Shown: positions 63,045 through 64,000 of the stretch, one piece after another
How positions within the stretch are numbered: position 1 is the first letter of the stretch
Layout: each line of letters begins with the position of its first letter
From: Puccinia triticina
Lineage: Eukaryota
Reading direction: 5' to 3'
Assembly (NCBI GenBank): GCA_026914245.1
Contig: CP110440.1
Coordinates: 2,108,001-2,172,000, forward strand
Length of the DNA: 64,000 nucleotides
The notes under the pieces: generated by a model
Databases searched by the model: none
What the model saw: the letters and a program-made list of their open reading frames with translations, nothing else
Told to the model about the DNA's origin: nothing
Program-made: the position numbers and the translations under genes

Positions 63045-64000
63045 TTAAACAGGGATGTGACCCTGTGGCCCTAAAAACTTTGTGGTGTTACATCGAGACA
63101 AAAGAAAAACAAGGTGAAATGAGGAAATCTCAAAAGACCACCTACTTGGTCGGATTTCCTGAGCCGCCCTGTGGGTTGTAATTGGGCGCGTTCGCCCCTT
63201 GTCAACCGTAACCAGTTGATTTGGCATGACGTTTGTCGACATATCCCTCCACAAAGTTGGAACCTTGGTAGCATCGTAAATGTCTCTCCGGATCCCCACC
63301 TTCTGACGCCGCGAAGCCGCTTGGATTATAGTTCGGCGCGAGTCTGTTATAATCTGAGAGAAATCCTCGTTGCCGCCCTTGAGGCCCAGGTCTCTTGAAG
63401 CCCTGGTATTGGACTGCTTCTGAAGCGTATCCGGAGGTGTGCTGGTAATGTTGAGGCGCTCCGCATACCGGAGTGTGTGGGGCTTTGAAATTGCTAAACA
63501 CAACTGGTCGACCTTGATTTCGCGCCAAACTCGCGAAGACTCCTATCTCTGGATCCGCATGAGCATATTCTTGACCCGGAGCGTGATGGTTCTCTTTCCA
63601 ACCCGCTTCTCCAAAAGTTTGCACAGTAACGTAGAGTTCTTCTATGAGCGTTTGTTGTTGGATTGATATGTCCTGAATCGCGGAACCTTCTTCTGATGCA
63701 ATGTGGTGAGCGAACGCGGTCATTCTAATGGCCATGTCGTAACGGAGAGCCGTCATAAACCTGTAACCGCCCGCCGATATCGCGTTGCAGTTTTCTTTGT
63801 GTACCAACAATCTCGCGGCAAAGAACTCCATGCCGTATACGTCTCTCAGCGTCAAATAGAAGTTGTGATGATTGTTGGTCCAATTTGAATGGGTCTGGGT
63901 CCATTCGGACGGATACGCTAAGCCCTTGTAGGCTTTCTCCAATTCGACCGCTCTAGAATTTTTCATATTTATGTTGGCGTGAATGGCCCTCTTCTTCCAT
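63045..64000 (-). pseudogene. DIRS/Ngaro-like retroelement 3: gag-like ORF, partial
   Basis: Homologous to 26707-27300; runs off the window end. Confidence 0.8.

Overview
Eukaryotic, transposon-saturated DNA, most likely from a rust fungus (Pucciniales). That assignment is inferred from the TE families, GT-AG introns with CTAAC/CTGAC branch points and a rust-type secreted-protein pseudogene. No intact host gene is evident. The window holds three divergent DIRS/Ngaro-like retroelements (RT-RNase H; gag in two; no tyrosine recombinase seen), a full-length decayed Copia element (51958-57795), a chromodomain Gypsy element, Gypsy, Copia and LINE-ORF1 fragments, more than a dozen solo or partial LTRs, several non-autonomous DNA elements with distinct TSD lengths (3, 7, 9 bp), Helitron 3' ends, and many minisatellites whose monomers are hairpins. 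Most short ORFs in the track are repeat read-through. Best leads: (1) an LTR whose intron carries a duplicate of the upstream exon, which could let the intron survive reverse transcription; (2) LTR insertions with 4-bp TSDs apparently centred on CpG; (3) a shared stem-loop downstream of pol in all three DIRS-like elements; (4) a CACC-terminated family with 3-bp TSDs, one member being a 2.1-kb layered palindrome; (5) an almost CpG-free Gypsy pol. All counts and alignments were made by eye.
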